DNA of 64,000 nucleotides from Candidatus Omnitrophota bacterium (GCA_043812955.1 JBDRLN010000076.1:4864-68863); one strand, 5' to 3'. Shown: positions 21,074-30,687, counted from the stretch's first letter. Notes: a model not told the origin generated them from the sequence alone. Numbers and translations are program-made.

Positions 21074-22225
21074 ATGGCGAAATTGGTATTCTGGGTATCC
21101 TTAATAGTTATATTATACGTTCATTTTGGATACGGCGCCTTGTGTGTATTAATCAGCGTAATTTTCGGTAAAAAAACAACTAAAAATAAATCTTTTTACC
21201 CAAAACTATCACTGCTAGTCCCTTGTTACAATGAAGAAAAGATAATCAAAGCAAAGATCGAAAATATGCTAGCCTTAGATTATCCCCAAGATAAACTACA
21301 GATCATGATTGCTTCGGAATCAAATGATGCAACCAATGCGATTGCGGAAACGTACAAAAAAAGCGGAATTGAACTTTATATAAATAGCTTGAGAATCGGC
21401 AAACCTACTCTCTTATTCAACACTATTCCTTATGCCCGCGGAGAGATCCTAATATTCTCCGATGCTAACGCTATTTTTCAACCGGATGCGCTTTTAAAGA
21501 TCGCGGAAAATTTTTATGATCAATCAATCGGAGCCGTGATTGGCGCGTTAAAAATCAGTAATCCCGCTCAATCTTCTATAAGCCACGGTGAATACATCTA
21601 TAAACAATATGAGACGATAATCCGCAAAGCTAATAGCCGCCTGGGCAGGGTTTTAAACGCTGACGGTTCGATATTCGCGATCAGGAAAAGTTTATATTTA
21701 CCTATAAGCGAAGATCGAGGAGATGATTTCGAACTGATCTTACGGATATTGTTGAATGGCTACAGATGCGTATTTGAGCCTGAGGCAATCTCAAACGAAG
21801 ACGCATCGATAACCGCCAAAGCAGAAATCCTGCGTAAAATCAGAATGGTCCCCTGGTTTTTAAAAAGCTCCGTCATGCTACTGAAAGAAATGATCCATAA
21901 ATCACGCTTCGACTTAATATTTCAATTAATATCCCATAAAATATTAAGATGGTTTATGCCCTACTTCTTCATTTCCCTATTTAGCGCCAATTGCTTTTTA
22001 ATAAGCCAATCACTATTTTTTAAGTTAAGTCTTCTAAGTCAGGGGTTGGTATACCTGGGAGGGTTAATTGGAATGTATATGGCAGAGGTACAAAAAAAGA
22101 AACCCCCGGCACTGCCAGGGGCACTATACTATTTTATTATCTATAACTACGCCTTTTTAATAGGAACGCTTAAAGGGATGTTCGCGCCAGAGAAATCTTC
22201 TTCCTGGGAAAAAGTCAGGTCATAA
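21074..22225 (+). CDS. Glycosyltransferase family 2 with TM helices
   Basis: PCYNEE, LDYP, FSDAN, GDDF, SHKILRW; ATG at 21074 just after the upstream stop. Confidence 0.85.
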   Translation: MAKLVFWVSLIVILYVHFGYGALCVLISVIFGKKTTKNKSFYPKLSLLVPCYNEEKIIKAKIENMLALDYPQDKLQIMIASESNDATNAIAETYKKSGIELYINSLRIGKPTLLFNTIPYARGEILIFSDANAIFQPDALLKIAENFYDQSIGAVIGALKISNPAQSSISHGEYIYKQYETIIRKANSRLGRVLNADGSIFAIRKSLYLPISEDRGDDFELILRILLNGYRCVFEPEAISNEDASITAKAEILRKIRMVPWFLKSSVMLLKEMIHKSRFDLIFQLISHKILRWFMPYFFISLFSANCFLISQSLFFKLSLLSQGLVYLGGLIGMYMAEVQKKKPPALPGALYYFIIYNYAFLIGTLKGMFAPEKSSSWEKVRS

Positions 22226-22875
22226 TTTATTTCATCTGGATTAAAGTCTCTGGCTGTTTTAACCGGTTTAGCAAAGATAGTCAGAACAAGTATAAAAAAA
22301 TTAAATAGTAATGAACGTTTTTGGATATAAAAAAGGTCGAATCGCGTACGCTCTTTTATTAAACTGTCTCCTCTCCATCCATTAACCTGTGACCATCCGG
22401 TAAGCCCGGGTTTAATCGTATAGCGCATCTTGTAATTAGACACGCTGATTTCAAACTTTTCGGCGAAATATGGACGTTCCGGACGAGGGCCGACTAGACT
22501 CATTTCTCCTTTTAAAACATTTATCAACTGAGGCAATTCATCAATGTGAGTGACCCTTAAGAATTTTCCGATAAAGCTGCACCGGGGATCTGACTCCGTA
22601 CCCCATACAGGGCAACCGTCACCTTCTGAGCCTTCCGTCATTGTCCGGAATTTATAAATCATGAATCTCTTTTTATCTTTTCCATATCTTTCCTGGAAAT
22701 AAAATATCCTTCCCGGTGAATCAATCCTGACTAAACATACGGCCAGCAGAAAGACCGGAAAACTCAATAAAAGAAAAATAGCGCTTAAAATAAAGTCCAT
22801 TGTGGTATAAATTATTTCCAAGCGCCGCCTATGAAGGTATATACTCATTATCTCTTGAACGTACGTTTTGCCCAT
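22147..22875 (-). CDS. Priming polyprenyl-phosphate sugar transferase (small PGT)
   Basis: YKFRTM, DELPQLINVLKGEMSLVGPRPERP, KPGLTGWSQVNG. Confidence 0.9.
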   Translation of the reverse strand: MGKTYVQEIMSIYLHRRRLEIIYTTMDFILSAIFLLLSFPVFLLAVCLVRIDSPGRIFYFQERYGKDKKRFMIYKFRTMTEGSEGDGCPVWGTESDPRCSFIGKFLRVTHIDELPQLINVLKGEMSLVGPRPERPYFAEKFEISVSNYKMRYTIKPGLTGWSQVNGWRGDSLIKERTRFDLFYIQKRSLLFNFFILVLTIFAKPVKTARDFNPDEINYDLTFSQEEDFSGANIPLSVPIKKA

Positions 22876-24547
22876 AGATATATTTTAACAACTTTTCCTG
22901 GTCTGGCAAATCTATTTTTGAAAACTTGAAACCTACAACATACATATCCTTTATCGCAGAATCCCTTACGCATACTACTTCTGCGCTGACATGGATAAAT
23001 TCTTTCTCATTCAAATAAATAGCCAAAGAATACTGACTTCCTTCTTTTAAGCGGTCTCTTGAGCGGACCGCAATACCACTACCGCTGATATCTTCTATTA
23101 TAGAATAATGTTTTTGCGTTACTTTATCCGATGTGAACTCATAGCCTACGGCATAAATCCCCTTTACCCGCGGCATAGAGCGCCTCTCCTGGCTATTTAC
23201 TTTTCTTTCGCTAGATAAAACTCCGCAAATACCCACAAACATACCGAAGAATACGCCTAAGAAAATATTTAAAGGTATATTCGGACTTACTCTTTTAAGA
23301 GGAGGATAGGCTGATTCCAATATCTGGATATTCGGTAATTGTGAATCTAAAAATTTATCCCGGATCAATTCTAACTCGTTCTGTTTCTTAAGAAATAAGG
23401 CGTATATATCCTGGGATGCCTCGTAGGTCTTGGATAAAATACTATATTCTATTTGCTTTACCGCAGCCTCATCTATATAAGCAGAAATTTTATTTAGATC
23501 CTCCTTATATACTGATTTCTCGGCTTTATTGGAACTCTCCTGAACCCCGAGATATCCTATATAATCCCTATAATAATCAGCATAAACAAACATGATCTTT
23601 TCAAGTTCGCTTCTCAGATTATTTTTTAAAAGTGTAATTTGTTCATTAACTCCTATTACTTCGGGATTATTATCAGTATACTCAACGCGTAACCGCGACA
23701 AATGCGCCTCGGCCTCTTGTATCCTGCTTCTTATATCTTGTATCCAAGGGATACTGGTTAAAGATAATGTGGGATTTTCTCCATTCTCTTTACCAGAAAA
23801 ACTGGGTAAGAGAGGATAGCGAAATAATGACTCGCCTTTTTTCAGAACATCATTGGTCTTGGCTAATTCTTCTTTCAAGCGGGCAGCATACTTTTTACTT
23901 TCCAGATTGTTTTTGTCGAGCTCGATCAGATAATTCACATATAGAGGGGTTTGGGCTTGATAAAACTCCAGCTTATCTTTACCGCTGAGCTCCTTAAGGA
24001 ATACCTTGATCTTGTCTAGATCTTCTTTTACCAATACTATTTTATTATTAAGCGCTTTGAGATTGCTGCTCACCGAAGACAGCTTTAACCCGCTGCCGTA
24101 AACAATAAAATTATTTACAATAGCATTAGCCAGTTCTATCGCTTCTTTTTGATTTTGCAGGCTTACGCTCACTTCTAAAACATTAGATTCATTAAGGTAG
24201 CCGATATTGATCTTTTTTCTTATATCTTGATAGCTGAATTTATTCAATAGCCCTTTATCATGCATCTGGCTGAGAGACTTTTCAATAACCGACCGGCTTG
24301 AGATTATCTCGGCCTGACTTGCTAGAAACGCTTTATCATCTAAGGTCTGCGGCAGGAGGCCTGGGGCATAAAGATTTGATTCATTCTGAACGATAATTTT
24401 AGTTTCAGCCCTATAAATCCAAGGTGCTGCAAAAATACCCAGGACCGCAATTGAAAAGACGATAAGAAAAAGGGCAAAAAATTCCACTTTCCTTCGGATC
24501 ATTGCCCTGCCTACCTCGGATATACTTAACTCTGAACTTGATTCCAT
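22829..24547 (-). CDS. Wzc/GumC-like polysaccharide co-polymerase with C-terminal PilZ domain
   Basis: TM1-PWIYRAE...EIISSRSV, long coiled coil, AYPPLKRVSPN-TM2, then ERRSMPR (RxxxR) and DISGSG (DxSxxG). Confidence 0.8.
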   Translation of the reverse strand: MESSSELSISEVGRAMIRRKVEFFALFLIVFSIAVLGIFAAPWIYRAETKIIVQNESNLYAPGLLPQTLDDKAFLASQAEIISSRSVIEKSLSQMHDKGLLNKFSYQDIRKKINIGYLNESNVLEVSVSLQNQKEAIELANAIVNNFIVYGSGLKLSSVSSNLKALNNKIVLVKEDLDKIKVFLKELSGKDKLEFYQAQTPLYVNYLIELDKNNLESKKYAARLKEELAKTNDVLKKGESLFRYPLLPSFSGKENGENPTLSLTSIPWIQDIRSRIQEAEAHLSRLRVEYTDNNPEVIGVNEQITLLKNNLRSELEKIMFVYADYYRDYIGYLGVQESSNKAEKSVYKEDLNKISAYIDEAAVKQIEYSILSKTYEASQDIYALFLKKQNELELIRDKFLDSQLPNIQILESAYPPLKRVSPNIPLNIFLGVFFGMFVGICGVLSSERKVNSQERRSMPRVKGIYAVGYEFTSDKVTQKHYSIIEDISGSGIAVRSRDRLKEGSQYSLAIYLNEKEFIHVSAEVVCVRDSAIKDMYVVGFKFSKIDLPDQEKLLKYIYGQNVRSRDNEYIPS

Positions 24548-24567
24548 GTATCTTTGTACTTTCTTCC

Positions 24568-25248
24568 TTATTTGGATGCTATATCGTACAACAAGTAAGT
24601 ATCGGCCGCCGGCCTGATTTTAGACATAAAAAAATCTAGGAAATCCCCTGTGTTGCCGATAAAACTCCTCGGCACATAGATTATATCTTTTGGTTCTAAC
24701 AAAACATTTTCACTTGTATTAGCATGGTCTAAAGCCTTATGCAGATTTACTAAAATAAATTGCGGGCACTCAGAGTAAGGTTTTCTAATTACCAATATAC
24801 TGCGTAACTCAGCATATTTAAGGTAGCCACCGGCAAGGCCGATTGATTCAAACGCCGTCATTTGGTTTTCGAGAGTGTACAATCCCGGCGTTTTTACCTC
24901 TCCTAAAACTAAAACTTTCTTAGAACGGGACTCGATAACATTAACTGAAATTTTAGGATCCTTCAGGTATACCAACAGCTTTTCGTGAATCTGATCAGCC
25001 AGAGCAGTCGTAGTCTGGCCAGCAGCCTGAATTTCCCCGGCAACCGGATAACTTATAAAGCCATCTGGACGGATAGAAAGAGTGCTTTTAAGCTCCTGGT
25101 GATTCCATACAGAAATTTCTATAATATCCCCGGTTCCTAATATATATTTTGACCCGCTTTGCTGTTGGGCATAAGAAGGCGAATTAAGCGCAAATATACA
25201 TACCACGATGTAAAATAGGGTCCTCAATTTACTTTTTAGTCTTCTCAT
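24568..25248 (-). CDS. Polysaccharide export protein (Wza/Poly_export plus SLBB)
   Basis: YILGTGDIIEISVW, IRPDGFISYP, VLGEVKTPG, LEPKDIIYVP. Confidence 0.85.
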   Translation of the reverse strand: MRRLKSKLRTLFYIVVCIFALNSPSYAQQQSGSKYILGTGDIIEISVWNHQELKSTLSIRPDGFISYPVAGEIQAAGQTTTALADQIHEKLLVYLKDPKISVNVIESRSKKVLVLGEVKTPGLYTLENQMTAFESIGLAGGYLKYAELRSILVIRKPYSECPQFILVNLHKALDHANTSENVLLEPKDIIYVPRSFIGNTGDFLDFFMSKIRPAADTYLLYDIASK

Positions 25249-25373
25249 TTTTGAATTATTCTGATACTATATTATTAAGACTTTTTTAAACTTTTTATTT
25301 TCTTTTGAAAAAAAATTTTCCCCACAACTCGTGTATTAACAATATGTTTTAATTCTACTATATAATTTATGAA

Positions 25374-25402
25374 AGTATAACATAAAAAACAACCACTGTC
25401 AA
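25374..25402 (-). promoter_or_regulatory. sigma70 promoter of the export/co-polymerase operon
   Basis: TTGACA-N17-TATACT about 125 nt upstream of ATG 25248. Confidence 0.6.
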
Positions 25403-25589
25403 GTAATCGACCCCTAAATTTTCCGAGATTAGACACCAACTTTACAGACTTAAGCGAATTTGCCTGCGCCAGGCCTGACAGTTTTTTAATATATTCTGCC
25501 TCTTATACCGGAGCAGCAATCGCCACCATAGCCATTGAAGCCGGGATCTTCCTTATAACCTATTTCACCGTAAAAAAACTTTCCTACTC

Positions 25590-26912
25590 CTAAGATAACT
25601 TCAGCAAAGGAATATTCAGCCGGCGGCGGAAAGTCTCTCCTTTTAAAAGCTCTTGTTTGCGCCAGGCTAGATTATTTCTGGGATGAAGCCCTTTCTTAGT
25701 AGCTATGTTTGAGGCGGCAATATGAATAGTGTGTTTTCCAAAAACCTGATTTATTTCATCCACCGCACAACTCAACCTTTGCAGCTGTTCAATTTTAACC
25801 GGGTTTTCAAAAAGGTCCTGTTCATCAAATCCTTCTTCCTTAATATCATTTAAAATAATTCCGGTTGCCCGGTATACCGCTCCCGGTTGAAAAACTTCAT
25901 CAAAGATCCGGAAACAAACAGTAGTAAAATCCAGAGTAGATGAAGAATGCCGGTTGATCCTGCCCTGCATCCCTTTCGCGCTAAAATCAACTTTCCTTAA
26001 ATAAACCGTCAGGTTGCGCGCGCTTAATGAATATCTTCTTAATTTGATAAAGGCTGACTCCAAATTACGCATTAACTGGGCCTTTACCATCTGCTTATCG
26101 CCTGAGGCAGGCATAAAAGTCTTAGTCTTACTTATACTAAGATATTTTTCTTTTTTAGCGGTTGATACCGGATACACTGACGTTCCTCTTAATTCCAGCC
26201 ATAATTCCACCCCAATCTTACCCAGAATTTTTTGAGCGAATTCTTTAGGCCGGCGTACATATTCCAGGACCGAAGTTATCCCGTATTTACCTAAAAGCGC
26301 TATGGTATTCGGCCCGAACCCCGAGACCCGCTCAAGAGGGATATTTTTCAGGTACTCATGCAGTTTATTTCCCGGTAAAGCCTTAAAGCCATCCGGCTTA
26401 TTTTCCCGCGAGCAGATCTTGGCCAGAGTTTTAGAAAGGCTTAAACCCACAGAAACAGTTATATCCAGTTCTTTGCGGACCTCTTCCTTGATCCTTACGG
26501 CAATATCCGGATAAGAAGCGCGATACATCCGGCGCAATCCGGCTAGATCGCAGAAAGCCTCATCGATAGAATACTCCTCAACCTGGGGCGTAAACCTGCG
26601 GATTATATTAAAAAGCCGCTGTGAATATATACTATATAATTCATAATCGCTGGGAAGGATTATTAAGCCCGGATAGATCTTTTTAGCCTCAGAAAGAGTG
26701 ACCCCCCGTTTTATTCCCAAAGCCTTGGCTTCATAGCTGGCCGCAGAAATAATCCCTCTCTCCTGGCCGGTAACCAAAGGCTTACCTTTAAGATTGGGGT
26801 TACGGGCCTGCTCGCAAGAGGCAAAAAAAGCATCGCAATCTATATGCGCGATAGCCTGCGGATATGAAGATAAAGTGATAAAATCAGGAGTATTATTTAT
26901 ACTTACGGACAT
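25590..26912 (-). CDS. dinB: Y-family DNA polymerase (DinB/UmuC-like)
   Basis: HIDCDAFFASCE, SYEAK, YSIDEAF, SKTLAK. Confidence 0.88.
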   Translation of the reverse strand: MSVSINNTPDFITLSSYPQAIAHIDCDAFFASCEQARNPNLKGKPLVTGQERGIISAASYEAKALGIKRGVTLSEAKKIYPGLIILPSDYELYSIYSQRLFNIIRRFTPQVEEYSIDEAFCDLAGLRRMYRASYPDIAVRIKEEVRKELDITVSVGLSLSKTLAKICSRENKPDGFKALPGNKLHEYLKNIPLERVSGFGPNTIALLGKYGITSVLEYVRRPKEFAQKILGKIGVELWLELRGTSVYPVSTAKKEKYLSISKTKTFMPASGDKQMVKAQLMRNLESAFIKLRRYSLSARNLTVYLRKVDFSAKGMQGRINRHSSSTLDFTTVCFRIFDEVFQPGAVYRATGIILNDIKEEGFDEQDLFENPVKIEQLQRLSCAVDEINQVFGKHTIHIAASNIATKKGLHPRNNLAWRKQELLKGETFRRRLNIPLLKLS

Positions 26913-27474
26913 TGGCGATAACTACACCGGCAATAACCAGCTCCTCCTTGGGTTCTATAGGAAGGTATTTCTTATTCGCGGCCCTTAAAATAACTTTACC
27001 TTTAAACTTCTCAAAATATTTCAGGGTCCATTCCTTATCCACGCAAGCCACCACAATATCCCCGCTTTTAGGAGTAAGATTTTTCTGGACCAAGACTAAA
27101 TCTCCGGGATGAATTCCGGCATCGAGCATGGAATCACCGCTTACCTTTAATAAATAAGTTGCCTGAGGATTAGAAATAAGATATTCATCCAGGCTCATTA
27201 AATCCACAGTCTCTTCTTCTGCCGGTGAGGGAAAGCCCGCTTGGATAAATCCTAAAAGCCGCACCGGTTTTTGTACTCCGGCCGGGATCAGCCTTCCGGT
27301 ATTATCTTTAGCGCATAACCCTAAGCCTACCAATTGATTTACCTTCTTGAAAACAGCGTTCTTGGATCTAAACCTAAAGACTTTGAGCATCTCAGAATAA
27401 GAAGGCATCCTTTTATTCTTCAAATAAAACTCGTCTAACTTATCAACCTGCTCTTTTAAATTGTTTTTATCCAT
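26893..27474 (-). CDS. lexA: LexA-family repressor (wHTH plus S24 autopeptidase)
   Basis: MPSYSEM...FRSKNAV HTH, QAGFP Ala-Gly cleavage site, GDSM Ser, TLKY Lys. Confidence 0.82.
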   Translation of the reverse strand: MDKNNLKEQVDKLDEFYLKNKRMPSYSEMLKVFRFRSKNAVFKKVNQLVGLGLCAKDNTGRLIPAGVQKPVRLLGFIQAGFPSPAEEETVDLMSLDEYLISNPQATYLLKVSGDSMLDAGIHPGDLVLVQKNLTPKSGDIVVACVDKEWTLKYFEKFKGKVILRAANKKYLPIEPKEELVIAGVVIANVRKYK

Positions 27475-27483
27475 AGCAGCGCC

Positions 27484-27512
27484 ATTATAGTGAACGTTTG
27501 TTCACCTGTCAA
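27484..27512 (-). promoter_or_regulatory. sigma70 promoter with palindromic SOS-type operator in the spacer
   Basis: TTGACA-N17-TATAAT; spacer holds GTGAAC-gttt-GTTCAC (27490-27505); -10 is 9 nt from the ATG. Confidence 0.85.
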
Positions 27513-27520
27513 GCAAAAAT

Positions 27521-27880
27521 AAAAAGAAAAAGGGGTCAAAAAGAAAAAGGAAAAAGAAAAAGGGGTCAAAAAAGAAAAAGGGGTCAGGTCCCTTTCATGT
27601 AACCAGTTGTAGTATATGGTATTTACATGTAGTCACTTTGCACTTTTAATCTTCCGGGGACACCCTGTCGTAGTAACCCAGGAGACGCCCTGTCAATGTG
27701 TTGCAAGATATTCACGACAGAGTGTCCCCGGTTAGTAGACAGGGTGTCCCCTATCTATTTTATAAAAATGCAAACTGACTCATCAGACCATATTGTATTA
27801 TATAGTGTTAGGATGAAGGGGCCTGTCCCCTTGGTCTGTCCCCTTGGCCTTGGCTCCCTTGGCTTTTGGCTCCTTGGCTT
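27521..27880. repeat. Cluster of GGGGWC/GWCCCC direct and inverted repeats (REP/REPIN-like)
   Basis: AAAAAGGGGTCA x3; IR CCGGGGACACCCTGTCGT 27654-27671 / 27714-27731 (1 mismatch) with extra arms at 27681 and 27738; CTGTCCCCTTGG x2 then TTGGC reiterations. Confidence 0.7.
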
Positions 27881-28020
27881 TATAGCGTTTTTTAGGTGTC
27901 CACTTTTAATTTGGAGATGATAATGTTAAAAAAATCTATTGCTATTTTGGAATAGAAGTGATACAACATTATTGCCAATAGAAGTGATATAATAAAACCG
28001 TTAAAAGAAAGAAGGCCGGA

Positions 28021-29196
28021 ATGAAAAGAATGTTTAGCTTAATCATTATCATTTGTTTGGTGTGCGGGTTGGCTGTGCCGCTTTTAGCCGACGAAACTGG
28101 TGTGACGGATACAGAAATCCTTATAGGTTCATCATCAGCGCTAGAGGGTGACGCAAGTTACCTGGGCATACAAACCAACAATGGATTCATGGCTTATCTT
28201 AATTCTGTTAATGCAGCGGGCGGGGTGAATGGCAGAAAACTTAAATTGATTGCCCTAAACGACGGTTACGAGCCTCTTCCTTGCGTAGAGATGACTAAAA
28301 AGTTGATTAACGAATATAAGGTTTTTATGCTTGCCAATTATGTAGGGACTCCGACCAGTGTAAAGGCGTATCTAGTATGGACTTATGCCAAAATTCCTGC
28401 AACAGGTTTTTTTACCGGCGCGGAGGCGCTGCGCAAGCCTTTTAACCGTTATAATATCCATATCCGCGGCTCCTATTATAAAGAACTATCGGCGATTATT
28501 GACGTCTTTGTCAAAGAATTAGGTTTGAAAAAGATCGCCGTATTTTATCAAGATGATGCGTTCGGCGAGTCGGTAAAAAAAGCGGCAGAGATTGCTTTGG
28601 AAAAATTTAAGATGGTTCCTATCGCTTACGGAATTTTTGAAAGGAATACTCTCAAAATTGAGGAAGGTTTGGCCAAGATCAAAGACTCTCAGCCGGAAGC
28701 GATTGTAATGGTGGGAACCTATGCTCCTCTTGCCCGATTTGTCAAAGAAGCAAAGAAGTCCGGATTAACTAAAACGTTTTTCCATACCGTATCTTTTGTC
28801 GGGCCCGAAGCTCTTGCCGCAAACCTAGGAGCGGATTCGGATAATGTTTTTCTTACGCTGGTGATGCCGCCCTACGCTGAGTCAAATTTGCCGATAGTCA
28901 AAGAGTATTTAGGGGCGCTATCGAAATATTATCCTAATGATTCTGCGAACTTTGTGAGTTTAGAAGGTTTTGTGAATGCTAAAGTTATGGTGGAGGGTTT
29001 AAGGCGGGCTGGAAGAGATTTAACTCGAGAGAAGTATATTAATGCTATCGAGACGATTAAACCGGGAGAGATGGGGTCGGGATTAAAATTTAATTACGGG
29101 CCGACTGATCATGAAGGATTAACGGACATCTATATCGCCCAGATCAAAAATGGCAAGTATGTGGAAGTTAAAGATCAGGGGAGTGTTAGAAAGTAA
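28021..29196 (+). CDS. Branched-chain-amino-acid-type ABC substrate-binding protein (orphan)
   Basis: Signal peptide, GVTDTEILIG, NAAGGVNGRKL, DGYEP, YQDDAFG; no permease nearby. Confidence 0.85.
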   Translation: MKRMFSLIIIICLVCGLAVPLLADETGVTDTEILIGSSSALEGDASYLGIQTNNGFMAYLNSVNAAGGVNGRKLKLIALNDGYEPLPCVEMTKKLINEYKVFMLANYVGTPTSVKAYLVWTYAKIPATGFFTGAEALRKPFNRYNIHIRGSYYKELSAIIDVFVKELGLKKIAVFYQDDAFGESVKKAAEIALEKFKMVPIAYGIFERNTLKIEEGLAKIKDSQPEAIVMVGTYAPLARFVKEAKKSGLTKTFFHTVSFVGPEALAANLGADSDNVFLTLVMPPYAESNLPIVKEYLGALSKYYPNDSANFVSLEGFVNAKVMVEGLRRAGRDLTREKYINAIETIKPGEMGSGLKFNYGPTDHEGLTDIYIAQIKNGKYVEVKDQGSVRK

Positions 29197-29234
29197 CGAG
29201 ATCCTAATTAGCCAATCCAAGGCAATTCCTCAGA

Positions 29235-29297
29235 GCAAGAAAAGGGGTCAAAGAAAAGAGAAAAGGGATCAGGTCAGACCCCCCCCGCTATGTCCCC
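29235..29297. repeat. AAAAGGGGTCA-type repeat remnant
   Basis: AAGAAAAGGGGTCAAAGAAAAGAGAAAAGGGATCAGGTC resembles 27521-27590. Confidence 0.55.
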
Positions 29298-29681
29298 TTA
29301 GCTTATTTTGATAATAACTGCGGGGTCTGCTTTTAAGGTATTATGAACCGGGCAATTCTTAATGAACCTGAGGAGCGCTTCTTTTCTCTGTTCTTCAAGC
29401 ACAACGCCTTTAAGATTAATATTAACCTTAATCTCCCTGAAACAATAAGGCGGCTCTTTGGTAAATTCCGCGTCAACGCTAATGCTGAATTGTTTAAGCT
29501 CCACCTTCGCGCCTTGCGCGTACTTATGCAAATACACTCCCACGCAAGTACCTAAAGAGGCTAATAACGCGTCCGGCGGAGTGATCCCATTTCCCTTTGT
29601 ATCAATCATCAACTCATAATCATTTGATTTAACCTTAAACTGTGAATCGCCGTTATTAACTATATCTACATGATACATCAT
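29298..29681 (-). CDS. OsmC family protein
   Basis: GITPPDALLASLGTC ... CPVHNTL (two conserved Cys). Confidence 0.88.
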   Translation of the reverse strand: MMYHVDIVNNGDSQFKVKSNDYELMIDTKGNGITPPDALLASLGTCVGVYLHKYAQGAKVELKQFSISVDAEFTKEPPYCFREIKVNINLKGVVLEEQRKEALLRFIKNCPVHNTLKADPAVIIKIS

Positions 29682-29687
29682 TACCCC

Positions 29688-29936
29688 CTATTTTTTAATC
29701 ACCTCAAATGAACTGGTGCTCTTATCGCTTTTCTGCCCGCTAAAAGAAACCCGAATCAATGACCAGGTGTAAACCTGGGAATCCTCAAATAATTCCGATT
29801 TGATATTTATCGAGTATTCATCAGTAATGGGATATTGTAGCCGCGGCGCAGGCATATCATCATAAGCGCTACTATGTGGAATAAACTCATCATCCGCACC
29901 TAAAACAACCCCAGCTACGGCCAAAATAAAAAACAT
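29688..29936 (-). CDS. Small hypothetical exported protein, possibly a remnant
   Basis: 82-aa ORF co-oriented with neighbours, hydrophobic N-terminus, PAPRLQYP and YTWSL; starts next to an inverted repeat. Confidence 0.4.
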   Translation of the reverse strand: MFFILAVAGVVLGADDEFIPHSSAYDDMPAPRLQYPITDEYSINIKSELFEDSQVYTWSLIRVSFSGQKSDKSTSSFEVIKK

Positions 29937-29944
29937 TATTAAAA

Positions 29945-30010
29945 GAAACGGGGTCAGAATTATTTTTTTTTATTCTGCTTGCTAGTAAAAAATAATTCTG
30001 ACCCCATTTC
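29945..30010. repeat. 24-bp inverted repeat of the GGGGTC family
   Basis: GAAACGGGGTCAGAATTATTTTTT / AAAAAATAATTCTGACCCCATTTC, 1 mismatch, 18-nt loop. Confidence 0.8.
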
Positions 30011-30011
30011 G

Positions 30012-30572
30012 CTATCTTATTTTCTTATATAGTCCGATTAATTCGGCCTTATCCAGAATATGCCCCTGCATTGCCGCTTCCAATTCTTTCTTACTGATAC
30101 CCTCTTTTAAATTAAGCTTTGTATCTAAGGCGTATATTTTAAAGAAATAGCGGTGGGTGCCTGATGGTGGACAGGGCCCATGAAAATCTTTTTTTCCGCT
30201 ACTAGTAATCCCCTGTTTTCCAGGAATGCTGTTCTCATCGATTTTATTAATTAGCGGGATATCAAAAACCACCCAATGTACCCAGGTGCCCATCGGAGCA
30301 TCAGGATCATCAACTATCAAGGCCAGGCTTTGGGCATCCTTAGGTAAGACGTCAATAATAAGCGCAGGGTTGATATTTTTACCTTCACAGGTAAATTTTG
30401 ACGGAATAGACTGGTTATGGTTAAATTCAGGGCTGGATATATTCATATTTGGCTCTCCTTTTGCAATGGCTGGGCTAGTTAAAGTTATATAGCTAAAACA
30501 GACTGATAAAATTAAAAAGGCAACACCCCGGATTGGAGAATTGCCTTTAAATTTTTTAATTTTATTACCCAT
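30012..30572 (-). CDS. YbhB/YbcL (PEBP) family protein
   Basis: DDPDAP, WVHW, GPCPPSGTHRYFF. Confidence 0.92.
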   Translation of the reverse strand: MGNKIKKFKGNSPIRGVAFLILSVCFSYITLTSPAIAKGEPNMNISSPEFNHNQSIPSKFTCEGKNINPALIIDVLPKDAQSLALIVDDPDAPMGTWVHWVVFDIPLINKIDENSIPGKQGITSSGKKDFHGPCPPSGTHRYFFKIYALDTKLNLKEGISKKELEAAMQGHILDKAELIGLYKKIR

Positions 30573-30639
30573 TTACTACTCCTTATGTGTCTATAGATAA
30601 TTATATCTCTAATATAAAGCTTATCAATATAATTTAAAG

Positions 30640-30670
30640 AAAAATCCGCAATGAATTGTTGCGGATTTTT
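30640..30670. terminator. Probable intrinsic terminator after the spy/cpxP-like gene (T-tract on both strands)
   Basis: AAAAATCCGCAA-7nt-TTGCGGATTTTT, 17 nt past the stop at 30688. Confidence 0.7.
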
Positions 30671-30687
30671 ATTCTACTAATATATTA

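Noticed and set aside
25430-25560. Possible gene remnant or structured RNA downstream of dinB
   Set aside because: Only a short stop-interrupted frame; no recognisable family or stable fold
27696-27920. 74-aa plus-strand ORF
   Set aside because: Built from the repeat cluster; no RBS or recognisable motif
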